IMG/VR virus record: IMGVR_UViG_3300029787_000021
Span: 9,432-73,431 of that record
Direction: 5' to 3' (one strand)
DNA length: 64,000 nt
From: a virus
Part shown: in pieces, positions 38,609-46,674 of the stretch
Layout: each line of letters begins with the position of its first letter
Position numbering within the stretch: the first letter of the stretch is position 1
Program-made: the position numbers and the translations under genes
The notes under the pieces: generated by a model
Told to the model about the DNA's origin: nothing
Databases searched by the model: none
The model's input: the letters and a program-made list of their open reading frames with translations, nothing else

Positions 38609-38830
38609 TTATTTAGTAATAGAATATATTTTATGTTTAGCTTTCCATTTTTTTATAAAAGACTCTCCACATCCTAATTCAACTATCTCTGCTCCTCTTG
38701 GAATGTCTCTAGTTCCTATTCTATTGATCTTATCAATATGAGGACCTCTAAATACTTTCATATACTTTTTAGCTTTCTTTCTTGGTGAAAGCTTATATAC
38801 TGCTACTACAGTAGGGTTTCTTTGTATCAT
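38609..38830 (-). CDS. Hypothetical basic protein
   Basis: ORF track. Confidence 0.6.
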   Translation of the reverse strand: MIQRNPTVVAVYKLSPRKKAKKYMKVFRGPHIDKINRIGTRDIPRGAEIVELGCGESFIKKWKAKHKIYSITK

Positions 38831-38955
38831 ACTATTAAACTTAAAATAAATAAAACTAACATTATACCAACTAATCCAATCATTGCTCCTACAGCATGAC
38901 CTTCTACTTGATCTTTTCTTCTACCTTGTCTATATTTTATATCTTCTTCTGTCAT
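38827..38955 (-). CDS. Small membrane protein (42 aa)
   Basis: MTEEDIKYRQGRRKDQVEG plus TM segment; fills the gap with an ATGA overlap. Confidence 0.6.
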   Translation of the reverse strand: MTEEDIKYRQGRRKDQVEGHAVGAMIGLVGIMLVLFILSLIV

Positions 38956-38958
38956 AAT

Positions 38959-39252
38959 TTATTTACCTGGGTGTATTATTGTATTTAAATTTTTAGGTGT
39001 TACTATATTATTAGTACCATGCATATATAATGGACCATAATAATCTTCAGTCACCATTTCAATATCGAAGAAACCTTTTATTCCTTGCCCAGGTTGTTTT
39101 TTAGGTTGAGTGATTCTTCTTTTACCATCGAAAGATCTAAAGTCTCTAGATGTTACTCTGTACCAAGTATCTTTGATACATACTTCTAATACTCCTGCAG
39201 TATTAAAATGATTCTCTAACTTTACTGTTTCTCCTCTTTTCTCAGCTGCCAT
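38959..39252 (-). CDS. Hypothetical protein
   Basis: ORF track. Confidence 0.65.
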   Translation of the reverse strand: MAAEKRGETVKLENHFNTAGVLEVCIKDTWYRVTSRDFRSFDGKRRITQPKKQPGQGIKGFFDIEMVTEDYYGPLYMHGTNNIVTPKNLNTIIHPGK

Positions 39253-39415
39253 CGTATATTGAAAATTTTTTAGCTCCTCTTGGTGCTCTTATTTTAGCTA
39301 TACTAATCGCAGTAGCTTCATCTTCTGCTTCTACATCTATGATATCGAAATCGTATCCCATATCTTCTTTACCCATAAAATGCAGGTACCAATACATTAC
39401 TCTATAACTATGCAT
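39242..39415 (-). CDS. Hypothetical protein
   Basis: Start moved to MHSYRV. Confidence 0.55.
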   Translation of the reverse strand: MHSYRVMYWYLHFMGKEDMGYDFDIIDVEAEDEATAISIAKIRAPRGAKKFSIYDGS

Positions 39416-39938
39416 ATGCTTTTCCTTTAACTTTAATTCTTTTACCATACTTATCTTCCATTTCATAATAGAAATCTATAAGACTATTCGCACCTGAGCG
39501 CTCTACTTCCTTATCATAATCTGAAAGCTCCATTTTAAACTCCCAGGTAAATAGTTTCCTTATTTCAGCTAATTTAGCTGCTTCATCTTTAGCGAAGTCT
39601 TCTTCTAATCTTTTTTTACGCCCTCTATCAATTGAACATTCTCTACTCCATAAAGCAACATCAACTTCACCATTTTGAGTAGTAGCTTTAAGATACTTAT
39701 CATTCATAGTATGATATACTAATTCTATTTCAAGTAAGAAAGAACCTTGATCGAAATCACCATTCAGTATTCTATCTCTAAATGGATGCCTGCTACTAAG
39801 TTTATTATTCTTTAAGCAGTAACTCCTCCACCACATAAACTTATTATAAGACATCTTATTATAATCAGCAGATAGTTTCTTCTCTATATACTTCCTACTC
39901 CACTTAGGTTGAAAAGGTAACTTAGAAGGGTAACTCAT
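39408..39938 (-). CDS. Hypothetical protein
   Basis: Start moved to MSYPSKL. Confidence 0.65.
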   Translation of the reverse strand: MSYPSKLPFQPKWSRKYIEKKLSADYNKMSYNKFMWWRSYCLKNNKLSSRHPFRDRILNGDFDQGSFLLEIELVYHTMNDKYLKATTQNGEVDVALWSRECSIDRGRKKRLEEDFAKDEAAKLAEIRKLFTWEFKMELSDYDKEVERSGANSLIDFYYEMEDKYGKRIKVKGKAYA

Positions 39939-40155
39939 CGTTCTTATTTTTATCACTAGGTCTAGATATATCATCTAACTTTTTATAATCAAAGCTAGCG
40001 AAAGGCTGCCTACCTATCTCTACTACTTCAGAGTCTTGCACATTAACGATAGCATTTATCTTATCGTTAGCTTTATGAGCTCTTTTTCTAGCCATATAAT
40101 CATTAGGAGCATAAACGTATGCTTCAAACTTAACTACATATCTATTATCTTTCAT
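39922..40155 (-). CDS. Hypothetical protein
   Basis: MKDNRYVV...DELPF. Confidence 0.6.
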   Translation of the reverse strand: MKDNRYVVKFEAYVYAPNDYMARKRAHKANDKINAIVNVQDSEVVEIGRQPFASFDYKKLDDISRPSDKNKNDELPF

Positions 40156-40156
40156 A

Positions 40157-40672
40157 TTAAAATAATTCAAGTTGAACAACAGGAGGATTCTGAGTCATTT
40201 TATCAACCTTAAACGCACTCGTTACTTTACGAGTAGGTCTAAACTCTTCTCCTCTATTATCTATTAACACACCATCCTTAACAGTAAAAGCATGCTTACT
40301 AACTCCTAAGATATAAGTACCTTTAGGGTTATCTTTAATAAAAGACTTTACAGTCTTCATTCTATTTACTAATTCACCATAAAGTTTATACTGATTAGTA
40401 ATCTTAGATTCACCTAAGACTTGAAGAGCAAACATATCGTCTCCTAGCTCGATTCCATTCTTTTCAACTTTATCTAGAACAGAAGATTCAAATTGAACTC
40501 CTTTACCTTTCTTTCTCTTGAAAGTTTTCTTAACGTATTTATGAGCTAGATCATAATCAGAGTCAGTAGCAGCTGCAAGAGCTCTTACAAAACAATCATT
40601 CTTTTCAGATTTAGCTAATTTAGAACTATTATAACCTTTAACAGTACTAGTAGATTTTTTAAATTTATTCAT
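40157..40672 (-). CDS. Phage protein with NDCxxRA...H motif (papain-like fold possible)
   Basis: NDCFVRALAAA...SKHAFTVKDG; start follows promoter 40697-40729. Confidence 0.55.
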   Translation of the reverse strand: MNKFKKSTSTVKGYNSSKLAKSEKNDCFVRALAAATDSDYDLAHKYVKKTFKRKKGKGVQFESSVLDKVEKNGIELGDDMFALQVLGESKITNQYKLYGELVNRMKTVKSFIKDNPKGTYILGVSKHAFTVKDGVLIDNRGEEFRPTRKVTSAFKVDKMTQNPPVVQLELF

Positions 40673-40696
40673 AACCTTTTTTCTATTATTTATACT

Positions 40697-40729
40697 TAAA
40701 TATACGAATTTTTTTCCAGAATTCCAACT
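40697..40729 (-). promoter_or_regulatory. Early/middle promoter
   Basis: AGTTG-N16-TTCG-TATATTTA. Confidence 0.85.
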
Positions 40730-40743
40730 GTTTAAGGGGTTAT

Positions 40744-41556
40744 TTACCCAACCATATTTAATGGTTGAGTATGTAACCAACCTACATTTCTATTAGTATT
40801 TAAACTAAAGAATAAAGCATCCATTTGACCACCTCTACGGTTCTTCGAGAAGAAGAAAGCTCTTCCTTCGTCCATAAACTTCATATGAGCCATACCAGTC
40901 ATCATATGCTTAAACCTATTCGATCCAGCAAACTCACCCATTTTAGTAACCTGCTGAATAACAAGGAAAGCAGTATTTACTTTACCTAAGTTCTCAGCTT
41001 TATTATGCTTTTCTAAAAGATTCAATACTTCAGTCTCAGCTCTTTTTACTGACATATTAGTATGAAAGTCTGAAATAGCACCTACAACCTCAGCCATAGA
41101 ATCAATTAATACAACATCCCATCCTTCAGTTAAAATACTTTTAAGAATTATTAATGGATCTTTTTCGATAAAATCACCCATAAATAAAATACTTAAATCA
41201 CCAAATTTAGGGAATCTTTTAACATATCCATGCATATCAATTCTATTCATCTCACCAGAAATAAATAAAGTCTTTTTGCCTCTAGTATTAAGATCTGAAA
41301 GTATATCTAACATAACAGTAGATTTACCAACTCCAGGATCTCCTACGATAGCATAGTTAGTACCTTTCATTAAACCACCTTCAGCAGAAAATAAACTATC
41401 TATTTTTTTACCAGTAGGCATAGGGATAAATAAGTTTTTATCAAACTTAATATCATTCATTTTAACAGTAGAAGGTCTCCAAGTTCTGAAAGAACCAGTA
41501 TTAATAGATTTTTCTACTCTTTTTTTAGTAACGGAATTTTTAACTGTAATATTCAT
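40744..41556 (-). CDS. RecA-fold ATPase (RadA/Sms-like core)
   Basis: GDPGVGKST, FISGEM, VLIDS, QVTKMGEFAGS, KNRRG. Confidence 0.8.
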   Translation of the reverse strand: MNITVKNSVTKKRVEKSINTGSFRTWRPSTVKMNDIKFDKNLFIPMPTGKKIDSLFSAEGGLMKGTNYAIVGDPGVGKSTVMLDILSDLNTRGKKTLFISGEMNRIDMHGYVKRFPKFGDLSILFMGDFIEKDPLIILKSILTEGWDVVLIDSMAEVVGAISDFHTNMSVKRAETEVLNLLEKHNKAENLGKVNTAFLVIQQVTKMGEFAGSNRFKHMMTGMAHMKFMDEGRAFFFSKNRRGGQMDALFFSLNTNRNVGWLHTQPLNMVG

Positions 41557-41582
41557 AACCTTTATTGCTTTATTATTATACC

Positions 41583-41615
41583 TTAATATATGAAGAATTT
41601 TCCGGAATAGCAACT
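41583..41615 (-). promoter_or_regulatory. Early/middle promoter overlapped by TTCCGGAA palindromes
   Basis: AGTTG-N16-TTCA-TATATTAA. Confidence 0.75.
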
Positions 41616-41642
41616 TTTTTACTAGTTATTTCCGGAAAAATA

Positions 41643-41819
41643 CTAAATTTCTCCGTATTCAATCAAAATAGTAACAAAAGCTAAGTGTATTTTAATAGTA
41701 ACATAGTTACATAATTTATCGGCTTGAATTACTTCATAACCTAGAATTAAACCTTCGTGAGGCCATCTAAAGTTAAGTGCTAATTCCCAAAAACTATTAT
41801 CATCAAAATTTAAACTCAT
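41643..41819 (-). CDS. Small beta-hairpin-like protein (58 aa), similar to 33889
   Basis: ...WPHEGLILGYEVI...TIKIHLAFVTILIEYGEI; not in the ORF track. Confidence 0.65.
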   Translation of the reverse strand: MSLNFDDNSFWELALNFRWPHEGLILGYEVIQADKLCNYVTIKIHLAFVTILIEYGEI

Positions 41820-42136
41820 AATTTTTCTTTTACTTCTTTAATATGTTTACAATTTCTATGAGCAATATAACCCCAACAGCTACAACTAAGCTCATTTCTA
41901 GCATTATATCTTACGATATATTCTTCACCAGATCTAGCTGATATAAACTTCCAGACCTTCTCTTCTTTCTCTTCGAATAACTCCTCGAAGGGTTTCTTTT
42001 CCATAATTATATCTTCGAAAGAAGTATCTTCTTCTACAACCGTCCAGGAAGGAACATGATACCGGACGCCGGAGGAGACGGTTATGAATCCTCCGATTCC
42101 GACGTTTGATCTCGGTACCAAATAGGTCTTACGCAT
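41816..42136 (-). CDS. SWIM zinc-finger protein
   Basis: CSCWG...CKHI. Confidence 0.8.
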   Translation of the reverse strand: MRKTYLVPRSNVGIGGFITVSSGVRYHVPSWTVVEEDTSFEDIIMEKKPFEELFEEKEEKVWKFISARSGEEYIVRYNARNELSCSCWGYIAHRNCKHIKEVKEKL

Positions 42137-43016
42137 CTACAGTCCAGGAATGACTATTATACGAGCCTATCAAAGCATCTTCCAATTTAGATATTCTAAT
42201 TTTATCTAGAACATCTTCTCTAGTATGATTTTCATACTTATCAGTTTCTGAGTTCCATCTTCTAATAATCTTCTCTACTTTAAGAGAACAAGATTTACCT
42301 GAGTAAGACATATGAACTATTTTAGCTTTTTTAATTCCACTAACATACCAGTCATATCTTACTTGAACGCTAAATCCATCTTCACGAGTAATATTGATAC
42401 CTTTTTTCAGATCTGAGATCATATTATCTCTTTTGTAATTATCTCTATCAGTTTTTACTTCTTCAATTTCTCTTCTATATTTAACAATCTTCTCAGTAAG
42501 CTTTCTTCCTTTACCACTATATTTCTTTTCACAGGTATTAAGATCAGCTAAGATATCATCTTTAAAATCTTTAATAGTCATAGCAATTTGACCATTAAAC
42601 ATAAACCTTTCTAAATTTTTATCTGAGTATTTATCGCTAGTAGAATAAGTGCTTATACCAATATCAGTATATTCTTTTCCTTTATCTTCATTAGAGGAAT
42701 TAGTATAGATAGTACATAATTCATAACTTCTATATTTAATTACTTTATCATAATCTTCTTTTTCTTCATTCCAAACTTCTTTTTCAAATTTATCACCTCT
42801 ACAAGAAATAGTAAGATAATCGACACCTCCAGAATAATCAAGACCTTCTAAATTAGTTTCGATACCTTCAGTACCTTCAAAATAAGATAATAAAATATCT
42901 TTCATCTCTTTCTCTTGAGAATTCCAATATTCTTTTCTTTGATCTTCTAATTTTTCTTTTGCTTTTCTAAGTTTATCCTCTTTAGAATCAAGAGCTTCAA
43001 AAATGTATTTAGACAT
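42129..43016 (-). CDS. Hypothetical early protein
   Basis: 295 aa following promoter 43044-43076. Confidence 0.7.
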   Translation of the reverse strand: MSKYIFEALDSKEDKLRKAKEKLEDQRKEYWNSQEKEMKDILLSYFEGTEGIETNLEGLDYSGGVDYLTISCRGDKFEKEVWNEEKEDYDKVIKYRSYELCTIYTNSSNEDKGKEYTDIGISTYSTSDKYSDKNLERFMFNGQIAMTIKDFKDDILADLNTCEKKYSGKGRKLTEKIVKYRREIEEVKTDRDNYKRDNMISDLKKGINITREDGFSVQVRYDWYVSGIKKAKIVHMSYSGKSCSLKVEKIIRRWNSETDKYENHTREDVLDKIRISKLEDALIGSYNSHSWTVDA

Positions 43017-43043
43017 AACCTTTATTTTAAAATTTATATACTA

Positions 43044-43076
43044 TAAATATACGAACTTTTATTCAGACTTCCAACT
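43044..43076 (-). promoter_or_regulatory. Early/middle promoter
   Basis: AGTTG-N16-TTCG-TATATTTA. Confidence 0.85.
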
Positions 43077-43110
43077 GTTCCCCCAAGTATTTTAGGAGGA
43101 ACTGGAAGTT

Positions 43111-43258
43111 TAGCATTCCCGGCAGGACTCGAACCTGCGACCTCTTTAACCCATTTGCTTTTCACGATCGTATCTATTACGAGTTTCACTTTTACGTATA
43201 AGTTACTCCTCCGCGCCTGGTTAAGCTAAAGCGAGCTACCTACTGCTCTACGGGACAT
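43111..43258 (-). ncRNA. tRNA-like RNA with about 70-nt insertion in the anticodon arm
   Basis: Acceptor TCCCG/CGGGA, D-arm GAGC-AGTAGGTA-GCTC, stem CTTTA/TAAAG enclosing 78 nt, variable loop AGGTC, T-arm GCAGG-TTCGAGT-CCTGC. Confidence 0.75.
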
Positions 43259-43261
43259 CTA

Positions 43262-43294
43262 TCAATATACGAATAAAAACTCATTTAAACAACT
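43262..43294 (-). promoter_or_regulatory. Early/middle promoter driving the tRNA-like RNA
   Basis: AGTTG-N16-TTCG-TATATTGA ending a few nt before the RNA 5' end. Confidence 0.8.
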
Positions 43295-43433
43295 TTCTCC
43301 TATGTTTTTTTAAGTGAGTCTAAAGCTATTTATTATACACAGCGATACCTCCGATAGACCTCGCTATTCTATCCCCACAGTTCCCTTAAAATTTTATCGA
43401 AGTTACTTATAACTAACATTTAAACTTTATTAT

Positions 43434-43667
43434 ATGGATTTTTTAAAGAAAGTTGGCGATTGGGCTAACACATTAACTGAAATTGGTATTTCTTTTATTG
43501 CTCTTGGAGTAGTAATTGAAGTATTATTTAAAGGAGCAGTAATACCTTTCTGGCCTGAAGTATCTGTAGTAGAAAATATTATGGGTATTCTTGGATCATT
43601 AAGTAACGAAGGACTACTAGGACTAGTAGGAGCATTCGTCCTTTATCATATTCTTAAAAAGAAATAA
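43434..43667 (+). CDS. Small two-TM membrane protein
   Basis: 77 aa, own plus-strand late motif (43326) and terminator. Confidence 0.8.
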   Translation: MDFLKKVGDWANTLTEIGISFIALGVVIEVLFKGAVIPFWPEVSVVENIMGILGSLSNEGLLGLVGAFVLYHILKKK

Positions 43668-43688
43668 GAATATATAATTAATGACAGT

Positions 43689-43715
43689 AAGAGGTCCTTC
43701 GGGGCCTCTTTTTTT
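43689..43715 (+). terminator. Rho-independent terminator (possibly bidirectional)
   Basis: AAGAGGTCC-TTCG-GGGCCTCTT followed by a T run, between convergent genes. Confidence 0.85.
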
Positions 43716-44430
43716 ATCCAAATATCTCTATTCTAATATCTTCTTGCATTTTATAACCTAAATCATCTAAGTAACCTTTTCCTTCTTCAATCATTTTAGT
43801 CCATCCACAATAGTATATTAATGGTTTCTTATCAGCTGTTGCAAGTTCTGGTAAGTAAGCTGTATGAACATATCCATTATGTCCTTCCCATTTTTCTTGA
43901 GATAAACAAGGAACATATTCGAAGTTAGGTATTCTTTTTTCTAATTCTAACATTTCTTCGTAGTAACAAATATCAGCTTTAGTTCTGGTACCGAAGAATA
44001 GTTTTAACTTTTTAGTAGGTACTTTATTATCTGCTATATAATTTAACATAGATCTAAAAGGACTTATCCCAGAACCTGTACTTACAAAATATATATCTCT
44101 ATCAATTACCTCAGGTAAAGTAAATATCCCCATAGGTCCTCTATACATTACTTCATCTCCTACCTTAGCTCTATTAAAAAGATAGTCACACATTTTACCT
44201 CCTATAAGATTAGTAACTATTATTTCTAATTTATTAGAACCATCAGGCCAAGAAGATAAAGAATAGTTTCTAGCTATTACTTCATTAGGATCATTAGGAT
44301 CTTTTATAGCTAATTGTATTAATTGCCCTGGTATATAATTTATTTTATCATAAAGAGGGTTCTCTATTATAAATCTCCAGTTTTTATCAGTTTCTTTTAT
44401 TATTTCGGTAATTACTCCTAATTCATTCAT
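43714..44430 (-). CDS. FAD/NAD(P)-binding oxidoreductase (ferredoxin reductase-like)
   Basis: RNYSLSS, GPMGIF, STGSGISPF, YYCG. Confidence 0.9.
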   Translation of the reverse strand: MNELGVITEIIKETDKNWRFIIENPLYDKINYIPGQLIQLAIKDPNDPNEVIARNYSLSSWPDGSNKLEIIVTNLIGGKMCDYLFNRAKVGDEVMYRGPMGIFTLPEVIDRDIYFVSTGSGISPFRSMLNYIADNKVPTKKLKLFFGTRTKADICYYEEMLELEKRIPNFEYVPCLSQEKWEGHNGYVHTAYLPELATADKKPLIYYCGWTKMIEEGKGYLDDLGYKMQEDIRIEIFG

Positions 44431-44620
44431 CTTTAAATAATTCTTGTATCCATGTTACTATAAATACCAAAAGAGAGTACGGCCAAGTACTCATTTGGTA
44501 GTATCTTTCATAATTGCTAAAAGGTCCTCCAATTCCATGTTTATTACAAAATCGTTCTAACCATAATGCCCATAAACAACCACATATTATATATAAAGAT
44601 ATATATTGTATTATTTCCAT
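44423..44620 (-). CDS. Small membrane protein
   Basis: Two hydrophobic segments. Confidence 0.6.
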   Translation of the reverse strand: MEIIQYISLYIICGCLWALWLERFCNKHGIGGPFSNYERYYQMSTWPYSLLVFIVTWIQELFKDE

Positions 44621-44621
44621 T

Positions 44622-44780
44622 TTATCTAGGGTTTGGTACTAATCTAAAAGTACAGGCTGGTCTACCATTTATTATAGGCATACCAAATTCATCATACTCT
44701 ATTGTCTTTACTTTAGTTCTTTTATTTTTAAAACGACCTACCATTATAGTATCGCCTACTTTAACATTTATTTTAATCAT
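44622..44780 (-). CDS. Small phage protein (52 aa)
   Basis: MIKINVKVGDTIMVGRFKNK...GMPIINGR; fills the gap. Confidence 0.7.
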   Translation of the reverse strand: MIKINVKVGDTIMVGRFKNKRTKVKTIEYDEFGMPIINGRPACTFRLVPNPR

Positions 44781-45568
44781 AATAATTTTGTATAAGTACT
44801 TAAATCTTTATTTTCTTTATCTTTAATTAGGCATTTTTTACCCCAGAGTTCTTTATTATCTAAATCAATAAAGAATTTATATGTAAAATCTGATTTAAAT
44901 ATATTAGCAGGCATAGTCATGCACCAAGAGTCTTCTCCTTTAGGTATTTGTATAAATAACGACATAAACTTTTTCTTAGCCAAATGAGCTGCTAATAAAC
45001 TATGAGCTGAACCTTGAAATAAATCAAAAGGTCTATCGATTAAAGGTGCTCCCATTTGACCATACTTCATAAAAGACCAATACTGTTCAGGATAAAATTG
45101 ATCTGACCATGCTATATTATCATACATATTATCATCTTTCCATTGATAATCCTTTGGGTATAAATCTCTTACTAACTCAGGATATTTTTTATCATATTGT
45201 ACTTTCTTATCATATAATTCTGAAGCAGTTAAATTATCTATATCTAATTCTTCACAGAATTGCTTTAGTATTTTATAATTCATATGACCATATGGAGTAG
45301 ATCTAACTTCATCTATAAAAAAACTTATAGGAAAATTAATATAAACTAAGTTACTATTTAAAGGGGTCATCCTAACCTGAGATTGCATTTGATATCTTAT
45401 TTTAGGTTCTTTACCATTTTGAAGAATAAAAGTTTCTCTAAAGTTATTTGGATTTACCTCAGTAGTAACTTTATCAAATCCTTTTTTGATCATCTTAACG
45501 ACTTCATTCTCAACTAAAACATATTCATATGCTCTAACAATATCAAAACTAATTAAAGTATCTATCAT
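44777..45568 (-). CDS. Hypothetical protein
   Basis: ORF track, 263 aa. Confidence 0.65.
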   Translation of the reverse strand: MIDTLISFDIVRAYEYVLVENEVVKMIKKGFDKVTTEVNPNNFRETFILQNGKEPKIRYQMQSQVRMTPLNSNLVYINFPISFFIDEVRSTPYGHMNYKILKQFCEELDIDNLTASELYDKKVQYDKKYPELVRDLYPKDYQWKDDNMYDNIAWSDQFYPEQYWSFMKYGQMGAPLIDRPFDLFQGSAHSLLAAHLAKKKFMSLFIQIPKGEDSWCMTMPANIFKSDFTYKFFIDLDNKELWGKKCLIKDKENKDLSTYTKLL

Positions 45569-45720
45569 TTTTTTAGTCTCTTTTCTATAGCTGCCATCTC
45601 TTGTTGAAGCTTTTGAATTTTTAGTTTATTATCTTTAGATTTATCATATTTTAAATCTATAATTTTATTTATTATTTCATCTAGGCTTTTTTCGTCTTCG
45701 TATTCTTGTAGTGTGTTCAT
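45565..45720 (-). CDS. Small coiled-coil protein (51 aa)
   Basis: MNTLQEYEDEKSLDEIINK...; fills the gap with an ATGA overlap. Confidence 0.55.
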   Translation of the reverse strand: MNTLQEYEDEKSLDEIINKIIDLKYDKSKDNKLKIQKLQQEMAAIEKRLKK

Positions 45721-46083
45721 TTATTTTCTCTTATAATCGTCTTCTAATCTTATAATATCGTCTTCACCAAAGTAAGAGCCTGTTTGTACTTCTATAAAAA
45801 CTAAATCGTTATCAAAACTTGGATTCATTACTCTATGAGTATCTTCTTGATTAATATTAATTGTTTCTCCATAGCTTTTCCATATCTCTTTGTCGTTAAC
45901 TTCTATTTTAGCAGTACCATTAACTATTACCCAAACTTCACTTCTATACTGATGAAGTTGTAGAGATAGTCTTTGCTGAGGTTTAACTATAATCTCTTTA
46001 ACCTTACAATAAGTTTCATTTAATAATATTTTATACTCACCCCAAGGTCGTTTTGGTCCTTCTTTTAGTTTGACGTCTTCCAT
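45721..46083 (-). CDS. Cupin, mannose-6-phosphate isomerase type II C-terminal-like
   Basis: RPWG, LSLQLHQYRSEVW, IEVQTGSYFGEDDIIRLEDDY. Confidence 0.9.
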   Translation of the reverse strand: MEDVKLKEGPKRPWGEYKILLNETYCKVKEIIVKPQQRLSLQLHQYRSEVWVIVNGTAKIEVNDKEIWKSYGETININQEDTHRVMNPSFDNDLVFIEVQTGSYFGEDDIIRLEDDYKRK

Positions 46084-46415
46084 AGTACTTGAATACCAAT
46101 TAATACAAAACATAAACTTAGACTAACCCAAGTTTTTAAGTTCATACCTTCACTAAAATAATAATTTACAAATAAGGCATATTGAAGCATACCTATACTA
46201 AATCCTATAAATCTAGCAGGCCATAATAAACCTTCCATTGCATCTACTGTGTACTTAGTACCCCATATAAAAAAGAATGAAATAACAAATCCTGCTGCTG
46301 CTACAGCCCATTCATTTTCTCTAAAACTTTTCCATAAGAATTGTCCGTTTAGTTGATACCATACTAATATATGTCCTATTAGGAAACAACCTATCCCAAG
46401 GAACAAATCCTTCAT
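46065..46415 (-). CDS. Four-TM small membrane protein (DMT/SMR-like)
   Basis: Four hydrophobic segments; start moved to MKDLFLG. Confidence 0.6.
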   Translation of the reverse strand: MKDLFLGIGCFLIGHILVWYQLNGQFLWKSFRENEWAVAAAGFVISFFFIWGTKYTVDAMEGLLWPARFIGFSIGMLQYALFVNYYFSEGMNLKTWVSLSLCFVLIGIQVLWKTSN

Positions 46416-46430
46416 ATTTGCTACTACCAT

Positions 46431-46625
46431 TTAATTATATATTAACCAACGTTCTGTTTCGTCTTTATTTATTAAGGAATGTTTAAGTGTTCTTCCTTGT
46501 GGTTTTCTCATTACTCTTTCATATGTATAGTTATCTATTTTAATATGATAACCATCTATAACCGTTTCAGCTATTTTATACGTCATCTTTGCTCTAGGAA
46601 CGTATACTACTGTATCTAATTTCAT
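46431..46625 (-). CDS. Hypothetical early protein
   Basis: Follows promoter 46642-46674. Confidence 0.6.
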   Translation of the reverse strand: MKLDTVVYVPRAKMTYKIAETVIDGYHIKIDNYTYERVMRKPQGRTLKHSLINKDETERWLIYN

Positions 46626-46641
46626 ATAACTTTATTTATAA

Positions 46642-46674
46642 CTAATATAAGAAAAAATAGGCAGAAATCCAACT
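46642..46674 (-). promoter_or_regulatory. Early/middle promoter
   Basis: AGTTG-N16-TTCT-TATATTAG. Confidence 0.8.

Noticed and set aside
43111-43258. Calling the RNA a standard tRNA, ochre suppressor, tmRNA or hammerhead ribozyme
   Set aside because: No 7-nt anticodon loop with U33; TTA or TAA anticodon readings need non-canonical flanks; too short for tmRNA; GAAAC is present but the CUGANGA core is absent
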